Below, piece after piece: positions 1-8,600 of a DNA stretch of 32,000 bases. Origin of the DNA: Rickettsiaceae bacterium. GTDB taxonomy: Bacteria; Pseudomonadota; Alphaproteobacteria; Rickettsiales; Rickettsiaceae. How positions within the stretch are numbered: the first letter of the stretch is position 1; each line of letters begins with the position of its first letter. The position numbers and the translations under genes are program-made. The notes below the pieces were generated by a model. That model was not told where the DNA came from. It did not search any database and saw only the letters and a program-made list of their open reading frames with translations. The DNA lies in assembly GCA_965211855.1 (NCBI GenBank), contig CBDBTV010000017.1, positions 241,471 to 273,470 of the forward strand, written 5' to 3'.

Positions 1-399
1 GCCTTCACCTTTTGGCGATGCCTCTTGCATTGATGTTGCTCTAACTTTTAATAGCTTTGCAGTTTCTTCCAGAGATAAAGAATCTGATGCACAAAGTGCG
101 CTATATTCACCTAAAGAATGACCAGCAACTACATCGCATAGCTCTTCAATATTTTTGCCAGTTTCTTGAGAAAGTACTCTAAAAATTGCAATTGATGTTG
201 CCATAAGAGCAGGTTGAGTATTGGTAGTTGAAGCGAGTTCATCATCTGGACCTTCAAAAATAATTTTACTTAAATCATAGCCAAGTGTGTCATTTACGCA
301 TTCAAATACATCTTTTGCAACGGCAAATGAGTCGTAAAAATCTTTGGCCATTCCAATTTTTTGTGATCCTTGACCGGGGAATATAAATGCTTTATTCAT
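1..399 (-). CDS. fabD: Malonyl-CoA:ACP transacylase FabD, N-terminal 133 codons. The gene continues past the window start.
   Basis: Absent from the ORF track because the window edge truncates it. The reverse complement from the ATG at 399-397 reads MNKAFIFPGQGSQKIGMAKDFY...DVVAGHSLGEYSALCASD. GQGSQ and GHSLGE are the FabD signature motifs. The frame is open to position 1. Confidence 0.85.
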   Translation of the reverse strand, partial: MNKAFIFPGQGSQKIGMAKDFYDSFAVAKDVFECVNDTLGYDLSKIIFEGPDDELASTTNTQPALMATSIAIFRVLSQETGKNIEELCDVVAGHSLGEYSALCASDSLSLEETAKLLKVRATSMQEASPKGEG

Positions 400-438
400 A
401 AATAGTAATCTATAAGTAAATGTATAAAAATTCCGATT

Positions 439-2403
439 ATGAGAATTCTTTCGTATCTGTCAATTATTTTAATGATTTTTTTGACAAGTTTTAATTGTCA
501 TGCGAAGGGTAATAATACCTCAAAATTGTTTGGTTTAATAAAGCAAAAGAAGTGGCAAAGTTCTTATAATTTAGCATCAAAGATTGGTGATCCAGTATTA
601 AAGAAAATAGTTTTATCACAGCAATATTTGGATATAAGACATAAATCAAATAGTTTTGAAAAAATTACAAAGTTTTTAAAAGAGAACCCTAAATGGCCAC
701 AAAATTATATACTAAAGCTTCGAGCTGAAAGTTTACTTAATTCGGGAACTAATAAGAAGAATATTGTTGAATGGTTTGATAAGAACAAACCGGTTACTGG
801 AAAAGGTCATAAGTACTATGCACTTGCTGCTGCTGATGTGGTAAAAGATCAAAAAAAATTGTCATCTATTATAAAATCTGGCTGGCATTTTGGAAATTTT
901 ACAAATTCAGAACAAAAATCTTATTATAAGAGGTTCAGAAAATATTTAACAACTACTGATCATGTTAAAAAGATAGATAACCATTTGTGGGAAAAAGAAA
1001 TTACTGCAGCAAAGAATAGTTTGAATTATGTGGATGCGGGATATCAAAAATCTTTCAATGCTCAGATAGCTTTAATACAGAAACATAAAAATGTTAGGAG
1101 ATTATTTAAGCGCGTTCCAAAGAAATACTATACATCTGGTTTAATATACAGATATTTGTGGTCAAGAAAATCTGATCTTCCTTCTGGTTCTGAAGTTGCG
1201 AGTCTATCTAGAATAGCATCAGTTGACAAGGATAGGGCAGATAGTTTTTGGAAAGTGCAAGCTTATTTAGCAAGAGAGTTTATTGAAAAGAAAAAATACA
1301 GAGATGCATATAAAGCTTCCAGTAGTCATTTTGCAACAAGTACATCATGCAAGAGTGAAGCTGAATATTTGTCGGGTTGGCTTGCTCTAAATTTCTTAAG
1401 AAAACCTGACCTTGCTTTAGGACATTTTCGTAATTTTAATAGGACAGTGAAAACTCCTATTAGTAAATCAAGAGGTATATATTGGCTTGCTCGTGCACAT
1501 GAATACAAGAGAGATAAGCAAAAATCTGAGAAATTATATTATTTAGCAGCGACGAAATATCCATATACCTTCTATGGTCAGATGGCGGCGGTTGAGTTGA
1601 GTCAAAGAAAAATGGTAATGCCGGATGCTATAAATATGACAGAATACAATCAAAATATTAATTCATATATTAAGAATAATGAAATTGTTCGTGCTGCTCA
1701 GATTGTATCAAAGTATGGGTCAAATGCTCTGAGCCAAATATACATAAAAGCTGCTGTAAAGCAGGCAAAAAATACAACTGATGTTTACGGAGTTGTCGGA
1801 GCTATTGCTAAGTCAAATAATGTACATCATACTACTTGGGCTGCGAAAAGTGCTATGCAGAAACATGTATTAATGAAAAATCATGCATTTCCAACGCCTT
1901 ATAAACTGTCTAAGCTGCCAGTAGAAACACCTCTTACATACAGTATCATTCGTCAAGAATCAGTTTTCGATCAACATGCAATTAGTAGTGCACAGGCTAG
2001 GGGATTAATGCAGCTTATTAAGCCTACAGCATGCGATACGGCAAAGCTTGTTGGTGTTAGGTGTAGAATTTCAAAACTAACAACAGATCCAAACTATAAT
2101 ATCAAATTAGGTAGCAATTATATAAATCAAATGATTGACGATTATGATGGTTCATATATTCTAGCTATAGCCTCCTATAATGGTGGGCCTCACAATGTTG
2201 ATAAGTGGTTGAAAATATTTGGTGATCCTAGGAAGCTGAAAGATCACAGGGAGGTTTTGAATTGGCTCGAGCATATTCCATTTTATGAAACTAGGAACTA
2301 TGTGCAAAGAGTTCTGGAAAACTTACAAATATATAGATCAATTATAGAAAAAGATGATAAGTTTAAATTATCAGACGATTTATTAAAAACAAAAGGAGTA
2401 TAA
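439..2403 (+). CDS. slt: Soluble lytic murein transglycosylase (Slt70-like), with an N-terminal signal peptide
   Basis: 654-aa ORF. The N-terminus is hydrophobic (MRILSYLSIILMIFLTSFNCHA). The C-terminal SLT domain carries the catalytic Glu context IIRQESVFDQHAISSAQARGLMQL and ...AIASYNGGPHNV. Confidence 0.9.
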   Translation: MRILSYLSIILMIFLTSFNCHAKGNNTSKLFGLIKQKKWQSSYNLASKIGDPVLKKIVLSQQYLDIRHKSNSFEKITKFLKENPKWPQNYILKLRAESLLNSGTNKKNIVEWFDKNKPVTGKGHKYYALAAADVVKDQKKLSSIIKSGWHFGNFTNSEQKSYYKRFRKYLTTTDHVKKIDNHLWEKEITAAKNSLNYVDAGYQKSFNAQIALIQKHKNVRRLFKRVPKKYYTSGLIYRYLWSRKSDLPSGSEVASLSRIASVDKDRADSFWKVQAYLAREFIEKKKYRDAYKASSSHFATSTSCKSEAEYLSGWLALNFLRKPDLALGHFRNFNRTVKTPISKSRGIYWLARAHEYKRDKQKSEKLYYLAATKYPYTFYGQMAAVELSQRKMVMPDAINMTEYNQNINSYIKNNEIVRAAQIVSKYGSNALSQIYIKAAVKQAKNTTDVYGVVGAIAKSNNVHHTTWAAKSAMQKHVLMKNHAFPTPYKLSKLPVETPLTYSIIRQESVFDQHAISSAQARGLMQLIKPTACDTAKLVGVRCRISKLTTDPNYNIKLGSNYINQMIDDYDGSYILAIASYNGGPHNVDKWLKIFGDPRKLKDHREVLNWLEHIPFYETRNYVQRVLENLQIYRSIIEKDDKFKLSDDLLKTKGV

Positions 2404-2874
2404 ATGAGTGAATTACAAGCCGGCAATATTGCACCAGATTTTACAGTTTCAATAGCAGAAAATAAGCAACTATCACTATCAGAACTATCTGGCAGATATG
2501 TTGTATTGTATTTTTATCCAAAAGACAACACTCCTGGATGTACAGTTGAAGCAAGGGACTTTAACGCGCTACTTCCAGAATTTGAGAAACATGGAGCTGA
2601 AGTGATTGGGGTTTCTAAAGATAGCTTAAAATCCCATGATAAATTTAAAAGCTTATTTGGCCTACAATTTCATCTCGGTTCAGACACTGAGTGCGAACTT
2701 TGCGAGAAATACGGAGTTTGGGTAGAGAAATCTATGTTTGGTAAAAAATATATGGGAATCAATAGAGCAAGCTTCCTTATTGACAAAGAAGGTAAAATTG
2801 CTCATATATGGCCAAAAGTTAAGATAAAAGGTCATGCACAGGAAGTGCTCGATAAGATCAAAGAATTGAGTTGA
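2404..2874 (+). CDS. bcp: Peroxiredoxin Bcp (thiol peroxidase, AhpC/TSA family)
   Basis: 156 aa. It has VVLYFYPKDNTPGCTVEA with the peroxidatic Cys in the TPGCT context. Its start abuts the slt stop (TAAATG), which suggests co-transcription. Confidence 0.9.
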   Translation: MSELQAGNIAPDFTVSIAENKQLSLSELSGRYVVLYFYPKDNTPGCTVEARDFNALLPEFEKHGAEVIGVSKDSLKSHDKFKSLFGLQFHLGSDTECELCEKYGVWVEKSMFGKKYMGINRASFLIDKEGKIAHIWPKVKIKGHAQEVLDKIKELS

Positions 2875-3191
2875 TAGTTTATAAGTTTAAGACCGCTTTA
2901 TATTTATAGGTTAGTTTTTATCAAAATAACTAATATAATCTATTTGGTTTAATAAAAAACTATATAGTTTTATTTTGTTTTTGTATCACTCACAGTTATT
3001 TGGCTAATACATTTTTGCAATTTTTTTTAATAATTTGATTCTGTATAGGTTAATATTTAAAGTTATAATTAACTTATAGATATTCATATGAAAAAAGAAG
3101 AAAGAATAGAAACAGAACAGGATTTAGTTAGTCTTTTTATAGAGCAATCAGTAGGTCTTTATGTGAAACAGAAAAGTAATGTTCATCATGG

Positions 3192-3725
3192 ATGGCAGGA
3201 TCAAACGATGAAGCCATGGAGTGGTTAACTGAAGATTTAGGTAATTTCTTAGATGGTTTGTCAAAAGATCATGGTCAATTTTCAGAAACTATAAATACCC
3301 TTAGAGAGAATTTAGATTCTTTTGTAACAGCTCTTGATCAAGATTTAGAGCAGCGTAGAAACGCTCATTTAATAAACGAAAAGACTTTAAATCCTAATGG
3401 ATTGGCACTTGATAATGCATTAATTAAGGTTGCACCTCAGAGTGAGTTTGCTAAAGTTGGCGCGGCACTGCAAGGCAGAGGAGAGATGAAGGATTCTGGT
3501 TGGAAAAAAGTAGCGGATCTTTGTCGCAAATGCAAACTGAATAAGTTGTCTAAATATTTCGATAAAAAAAACCAACAAGCAAAAGACGAATCAATGAAAG
3601 CTACTTTAGGAAAAATTTCTCAAAAGTTGCGTGATAGTAAACTTGTTAGAGATGTTTCTAAGTCATCTTCTAGTGTGCCTAAAGTAAAAGGTGGAGCAAA
3701 ACAAAAAGGTGGAATGGGTAGATAA
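3192..3725 (+). CDS. Hypothetical protein with an acidic helical N-terminal half and a Lys/Gly-rich basic C-terminus. No family recognised.
   Basis: 177-aa ORF flanked by AT-rich non-coding DNA (2875-3087 and 3726-3975). I recognise no motif. A 46-codon ORF at 3088-3228 in another frame overlaps its start, so the true start or the integrity of the gene is uncertain. Confidence 0.45.
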   Translation: MAGSNDEAMEWLTEDLGNFLDGLSKDHGQFSETINTLRENLDSFVTALDQDLEQRRNAHLINEKTLNPNGLALDNALIKVAPQSEFAKVGAALQGRGEMKDSGWKKVADLCRKCKLNKLSKYFDKKNQQAKDESMKATLGKISQKLRDSKLVRDVSKSSSSVPKVKGGAKQKGGMGR

Positions 3726-3914
3726 TTTTAAAGCAAATCTAATTCCTTAGGATTTGAAGTTACATCTATATATAGAAGATTTATAGGTGATATTATAGAG
3801 TTTATGAAGTCATAAGTGATAGAGCGCCAATAGAAATATGCCTTGATAAATTTTCTTATACACTCTAAGACAAACTCTGACTGTGTAAAGTAATTTTTGG
3901 ATTGATATAGTAAG

Positions 3915-3957
3915 AAGTTCATTTATCCGCCTATATTTAAAACGAATAAATGAACTT
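3915..3957 (-). terminator. Possible terminator hairpin downstream of the glutamine synthetase gene
   Basis: Perfect 12-bp inverted repeat: aagttcatttat (3915-3926) and ataaatgaactt (3946-3957), with a 19-nt loop. It starts 19 nt after the glnII stop. The stem is AT-rich and no clean U-tract follows, so the call is weak. Confidence 0.3.
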
Positions 3958-3975
3958 ATAATAGTTATGTAGATA

Positions 3976-5025
3976 TTACATCTTAATTCCGCAAATAGTC
4001 GAAACTAAAAGCGCTGCAACAATGTATGGATCTGAATTTGCACCTGGTCTTCTATCTTCTAGATAGCCATAGCCTTTAAGAGCAACAGGTTTTGGAATTC
4101 TAATAGAACTACTTCTATTTGCATCGCCAGACGAGAATTCATGAATTGTTGAGGTTTCATGATCTCCTGTAAGCCTTTCTTCAAGTTTATCTCCATAGTG
4201 TTCTATATGGTCTGTATGTTTTTTCTCAAGTTTTTCTATAGCATCAGCAATTGCTTTGCGTCCTTCTTTTGGATCTCTGATATCGCTAGTCGAAAAATTG
4301 GTATGCATTCCAGCGCCATTCCAGTCACCTTTTACAGGTTTATTTTCATGAGATATATGGATGTTATATTCTTCACTGAGTCTGTGCATTAGCCAGCGCG
4401 CTAGCCATGTATGATCTGCAATATTTAAAGCTCCTGAATCTTCGTCAGGAACACCTCTATAGCCGATTTGGTATTCCCATTGTCCTGGCATAACTTCTGC
4501 ATTCATACCGTAATACATGATGCCAGCATCTATGCAAGCATCTCTGTGTTTTGTAGCTAACTCTCTGCCAAAAATTTGCTCACTACCAACACCACAGTAA
4601 TATGGTCCTTGCATTCCTGGAAATCCATGCTCTGGCCATCCTAAAGGGATATTTTTCTTAAACATTGTATATTCTTGTTCAAAACCCATCCATGGTTCTT
4701 GAGTTTCGCCTCCATCTTCCATGACTTTTCTTAAGATTGCACGTTTATTAGATTCATGGACAGTTCCATCAGGATTCATTACTTCACATAATACTAGGAA
4801 ATCTCCACCATTTTCTAGTGGATCTAAAACAAAATTTACAGGTTTTAAGATACAATCTGAATCTTCTCCGTGAGCTTGTTGTGTTGAAGAACCATCAAAG
4901 CTCCATTCTGGGAAGTCTTCAAGTGAAACTTCGTCAGGAGCGGAAATTACACGTGTTTTTGAACGGATTTGTCCTGTCGGTTTGCTTCCGTCAAGCCAAA
5001 TATACTCTGCTACTGTTATGCTCAT
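3976..5025 (-). CDS. glnII: Glutamine synthetase type II (eukaryote-like GSII)
   Basis: 349 aa. The N-terminus AEYIWLDG and the block DWNGAGMHTNFST...LTGDHETSTIHEFSSGDANRSSSIRIP...YLEDRRPGANSDPY align closely with the recalled GSII/eukaryotic GS signature (DWNGAGCHTNFST...HETSNI..FSAGVANRSASIRIP...FEDRRPSANCDPF). Confidence 0.92.
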   Translation of the reverse strand: MSITVAEYIWLDGSKPTGQIRSKTRVISAPDEVSLEDFPEWSFDGSSTQQAHGEDSDCILKPVNFVLDPLENGGDFLVLCEVMNPDGTVHESNKRAILRKVMEDGGETQEPWMGFEQEYTMFKKNIPLGWPEHGFPGMQGPYYCGVGSEQIFGRELATKHRDACIDAGIMYYGMNAEVMPGQWEYQIGYRGVPDEDSGALNIADHTWLARWLMHRLSEEYNIHISHENKPVKGDWNGAGMHTNFSTSDIRDPKEGRKAIADAIEKLEKKHTDHIEHYGDKLEERLTGDHETSTIHEFSSGDANRSSSIRIPKPVALKGYGYLEDRRPGANSDPYIVAALLVSTICGIKM

Positions 5026-5542
5026 AATTTTACCTTTATTTATTTTTTTATATTCAATATTTGTTTATTTAAAACTTAATTCATTATCATTTTTAGCGAT
5101 TATTTATAACTATTTTTTTTGCTTGCGTATATCAATAAATTGAAATCAACAGTTTTTTTCTTATACAAACTAGTTTTATATGTATTTCACATAAAAGATT
5201 TAGTCCGAATTCAAGATACTCATCTTCTAATTAAGTAACTTGAATTATAGATAAGCAAAGTATTATACTTTTGTCTATTTTTGCTACAAAATAGTATTTC
5301 TATTACTTCGTAAAAACTCTAATTTTTACTAAAAATATTCCAAAAATCTAAAATTCTTTTTTCTCCATATCTCAGATTTAACTGGCAAATATAGCAATAT
5401 AATTTGAATTTAAGATACTTTGTATTATTTATGCATTATATTGAAGCTTAACTTCAGCGTGTCTTATATAAAATTCAAATTAAATGATTTTTGATCTTTA
5501 TGTCTAAATAAAACAATTTCAATTAACTAGTGTTTCTAAAAA

Positions 5543-5581
5543 TAAAAAAGACCCCCAGAACAAGTCTGGAGGTCTTTTTTA
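5543..5581 (-). terminator. Rho-independent terminator of bidirectional design, downstream of the autotransporter gene
   Basis: agacccccag (5549-5558) pairs with ctggaggtct (5566-5575), a 10-bp stem with one mismatch and a 7-nt loop. An A-run precedes it and a T-run follows it on the + strand, so a U-tract follows on either strand. Confidence 0.75.
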
Positions 5582-5591
5582 TACCAATAAA

Positions 5592-5613
5592 AGGCGCTTT
5601 AAAAGTAGCGCCT
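5592..5613 (-). terminator. Second GC-rich hairpin immediately after the autotransporter stop codon, in tandem with the terminator at 5543-5581
   Basis: aggcgct (5592-5598) and agcgcct (5607-5613) form a perfect 7-bp stem with an 8-nt loop, 17 nt after the stop. No U-tract of its own. Confidence 0.4.
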
Positions 5614-5629
5614 AATATTTTAGAGGTTA

Positions 5630-8600
5630 TTAGAAGTTCACACGAACTTTTAAAGTACCTTGGTGACCTATAGTCTTGTTAGCTGCGAATAGATCATATC
5701 CAGCTCCGTACTCGTACATCCCAGAAACTGCATTTACACCAAGACCAACATTAAATGTAGTTTTGATTGCCTTAGCAGACTTAGGAGTTAGAGAGTTAGC
5801 CATACCAGATATTTTAGCTGTTGTTTTAGAATCTTTTCCTATTAGATCATGTCTAACGAATCCATGAATTTCAGGAGTTACATTGATTCCGTTCATCTCA
5901 GTTGTCATTTGACCTCTAAGACCAACAACCGCATCAAACTTATTTGTAGCTTTACTGCTTACAGTTAGGTTCTGGTTAGTAGTTCCAGTTTCTGTGTAAC
6001 CACTATTGTTGATTCTAGTGTAGCTAGCACCAACTAATGGAGTAACAACAGCTTCACCCATGCTATAATTGAAACCTGCAAGTAATTCAGCATTATATGA
6101 TGTTACATCAAATTCACTTCTTGCAGTTTCAGATGTTGTAGCTGTAATACGCTTCTCTGAATTCTTCATTCTAGTTGTCGCATAAGCTGCATGACCTTGT
6201 AAGAACCAGTTGTTAGTTAATTGCTGGATACCATAGATACTAAATGCAAATGTATCACCTTTAGTTTTATCACCTGATTTGAAGTTTTTATGCTTCACAT
6301 CAGACTTAGCATAAGTACCTGCAACACCAACAGTTAGATCAGCATTAGCTTGCGTATCAAAACCTAGAGTCGCACCATATGTGCTTGATTTAAATCCAGC
6401 TCTGCTACCACGTGCTTTTTGCGTAGTTTGATTATAGAAAGGACTTACCCATGCACCATACATAGTGTGATCACCTTCACCAGCTGCAACACCAGATACA
6501 CCTTGTGAAGCTAGTTGAACACCAGGTTGTGGATGATTTGAGAATGCACCCATTCTATTGTTAATAGCAGCATTTGTAGATTCAAGTAAGCTATTTGCTA
6601 TTTCAACGGCATGAACAGAATTTTGCTCAGAAGATCTTGCTATAGATTCTTTTAGTCTGTTATTATCCATTCTTGCTAGCTCGCTTGCATATTCTGCTGC
6701 TTTACCTTTGTTGTCTGTATTTACAAACTGTAGTGCATCTTGTAGTAATTCTTTATCACTATTACCAATAATATTAGTTAAAGCTGTAGATGCCACGTTT
6801 TTACGTACTAACTTTCCACCACTAGTTAGAGACCAGTCTACGAAATTGTTACCTGTACTATTAACTTCAACATTAGCACCAATAGGAGTTGCAGTCCCTC
6901 CATTTGCAGTTGCAATAAGTGTATATTCTTCGTCAGTTACAGGAAGCATAGCTATTGAATCATCAACACTAATAAGTAATTTAGTTGCACCTGAAGTATC
7001 TAGATTTGTAGCACCACCTGTTGCGTCAACCAAAATAAAACCTATAACTTTGTCACTATTTAACGTTACATTTACTCCTGAAGTACCAGTTACTCTTGCA
7101 TTACCATTTTTAAGAGTAAGCTTGTTTGTACCAAGATTAATAAAAGAACCATCATTAAATGCTGTTGTTCCATTTAGTTCTATATTTTGTGTAGCTCTAA
7201 GAGTCTGATTACTTACAGTAATATTATCTGCATTGATGTTAGCATTAATGTTAGTAATAGCAGCACTGTCTGTACCTACAAAATCTACTTTATCTATACG
7301 CTTTCCTGAACTACCAATTTTTTTATTGATATTTGCACCGTCAGAAAATTTTAAAGCACCTTCACTTGCGTTTGTAGAAGTTACTGAGATATCTAGAGTA
7401 GCATTTTTTCCTGTAAAGTCTGCAACAGAGTTATTTCCTAGATTCAAAGTATTTGTTCCTGAAATTGAACTTTTGAAAGTTGCAGTTTTACCTGCAGCTA
7501 CTGCTACGTCTTTTGACCAAACGCCTTCATATATAGTAGCGTTTTCATTAACATTAACCGCTTTTAATTCAGAATCTTTAGTACCAAGATTTAATGCAAC
7601 TCCTCCATCTTTAGCAATTGTTACAGTACCTTCTTGAGCCTTTGAGTTGATCACACCTGCATAAAACTCTTCATTTACAGTAATAGTATCATCACCAGCT
7701 AATACAAAATTACCAAATTTATTCTGCTCAGTACCAACTTTTTGATCGAAAGTCTGATTTTGCCCTTTAGTTAGAGTTATATGGTGTTGTCTAGTTGTTG
7801 AAGTTGTAGTAATTGTCGTATTTCTGAGTTCATCCCCTGCAGCAAAACCATCAAAAGTAGCTGTTGTATTACCATTGCTTGAGAACTTTAAGTTTTGAGT
7901 ATCAAACGTAGCGTCAGAGAAAGTAATATCTTTACCAGCAATTTCAACAGTTTCTAGTTGTGTAGCACCAATTTTTGATTGGATTTTTGTATCACCTGCA
8001 AGAGCAACATTGTTAGCAAATTTAACAGTACCTTCGCCAACACCTGCACCTATAATTTCAGTTCCAATAAACTCACTTCCTAGTACCGCTGTAGCATCTT
8101 TAGAGATAGTAAGTTTACCATCAGTACCTAAGCCACCATCAGCAACAAGATTTACTTTATCATGGAAAGTTGCAGTTTTATTTGCACCAGTAACATCGAT
8201 ACCACCAATTCCATTACTTGCTCCAACAGGACCTGCGATTATTGAATCCCCTTGAACAATTAACTTACCTGAACCTGCAGTATTAGATTTAATTCCATTA
8301 CCATCAGCACTACTAGTGTATATATTTACGCCATCTTCAACTGTTAGAGTTTTGTTATTACCAAGATCAACAGATTTTAAAGTATTTTTTGCTCCTGAAG
8401 AAAGATTTGTTCCAGCTTTAAGAGTCGCATTCTCATCTAGCTTCAGAGTACCTTGGCCATCAGAGTGTGAGAAATTATTAATCAAGAAATCACCACCAGC
8501 TGCGTTTAAAATCAAGCTTGAATCTTGTGATTCAATATCAATCTTTTTAATAGCTACATTTGCAGTAGAAAGTTTAATGTCAGCACCGCCTCTAGCTTGT

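Noticed and set aside
2956-2971. Perfect 16-bp palindrome aaaactatatagtttt downstream of bcp
   Set aside because: It is almost entirely A/T in an AT-rich spacer. As a hairpin it gives only a weak 6-bp stem. It could be a weak terminator or operator, but is equally likely to arise by chance.
3180-3228. Programmed -1 ribosomal frameshift joining ORF 3088-3228 to ORF 3192-3725
   Set aside because: The 49-nt overlap contains no X-XXY-YYZ slippery heptamer and no obvious downstream stimulatory structure. An indel or pseudogene, or two independent ORFs, is more likely.
3728-5027. ORFs 3728-3922 (-), 4159-4392 (+) and 4818-5027 (+)
   Set aside because: The first lies in AT-rich spacer, has an implausible F/Y/I-rich composition and has no RBS. 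The other two are antisense shadows of the glutamine synthetase gene.
5207-5419. Direct repeat gaattcaagatact (5207-5220) / gaatttaagatact (5406-5419) upstream of glnII
   Set aside because: A 13/14 match between two sites in about 600 bp of AT-rich DNA is expected roughly once by chance, by a hand estimate. It is not significant on its own.
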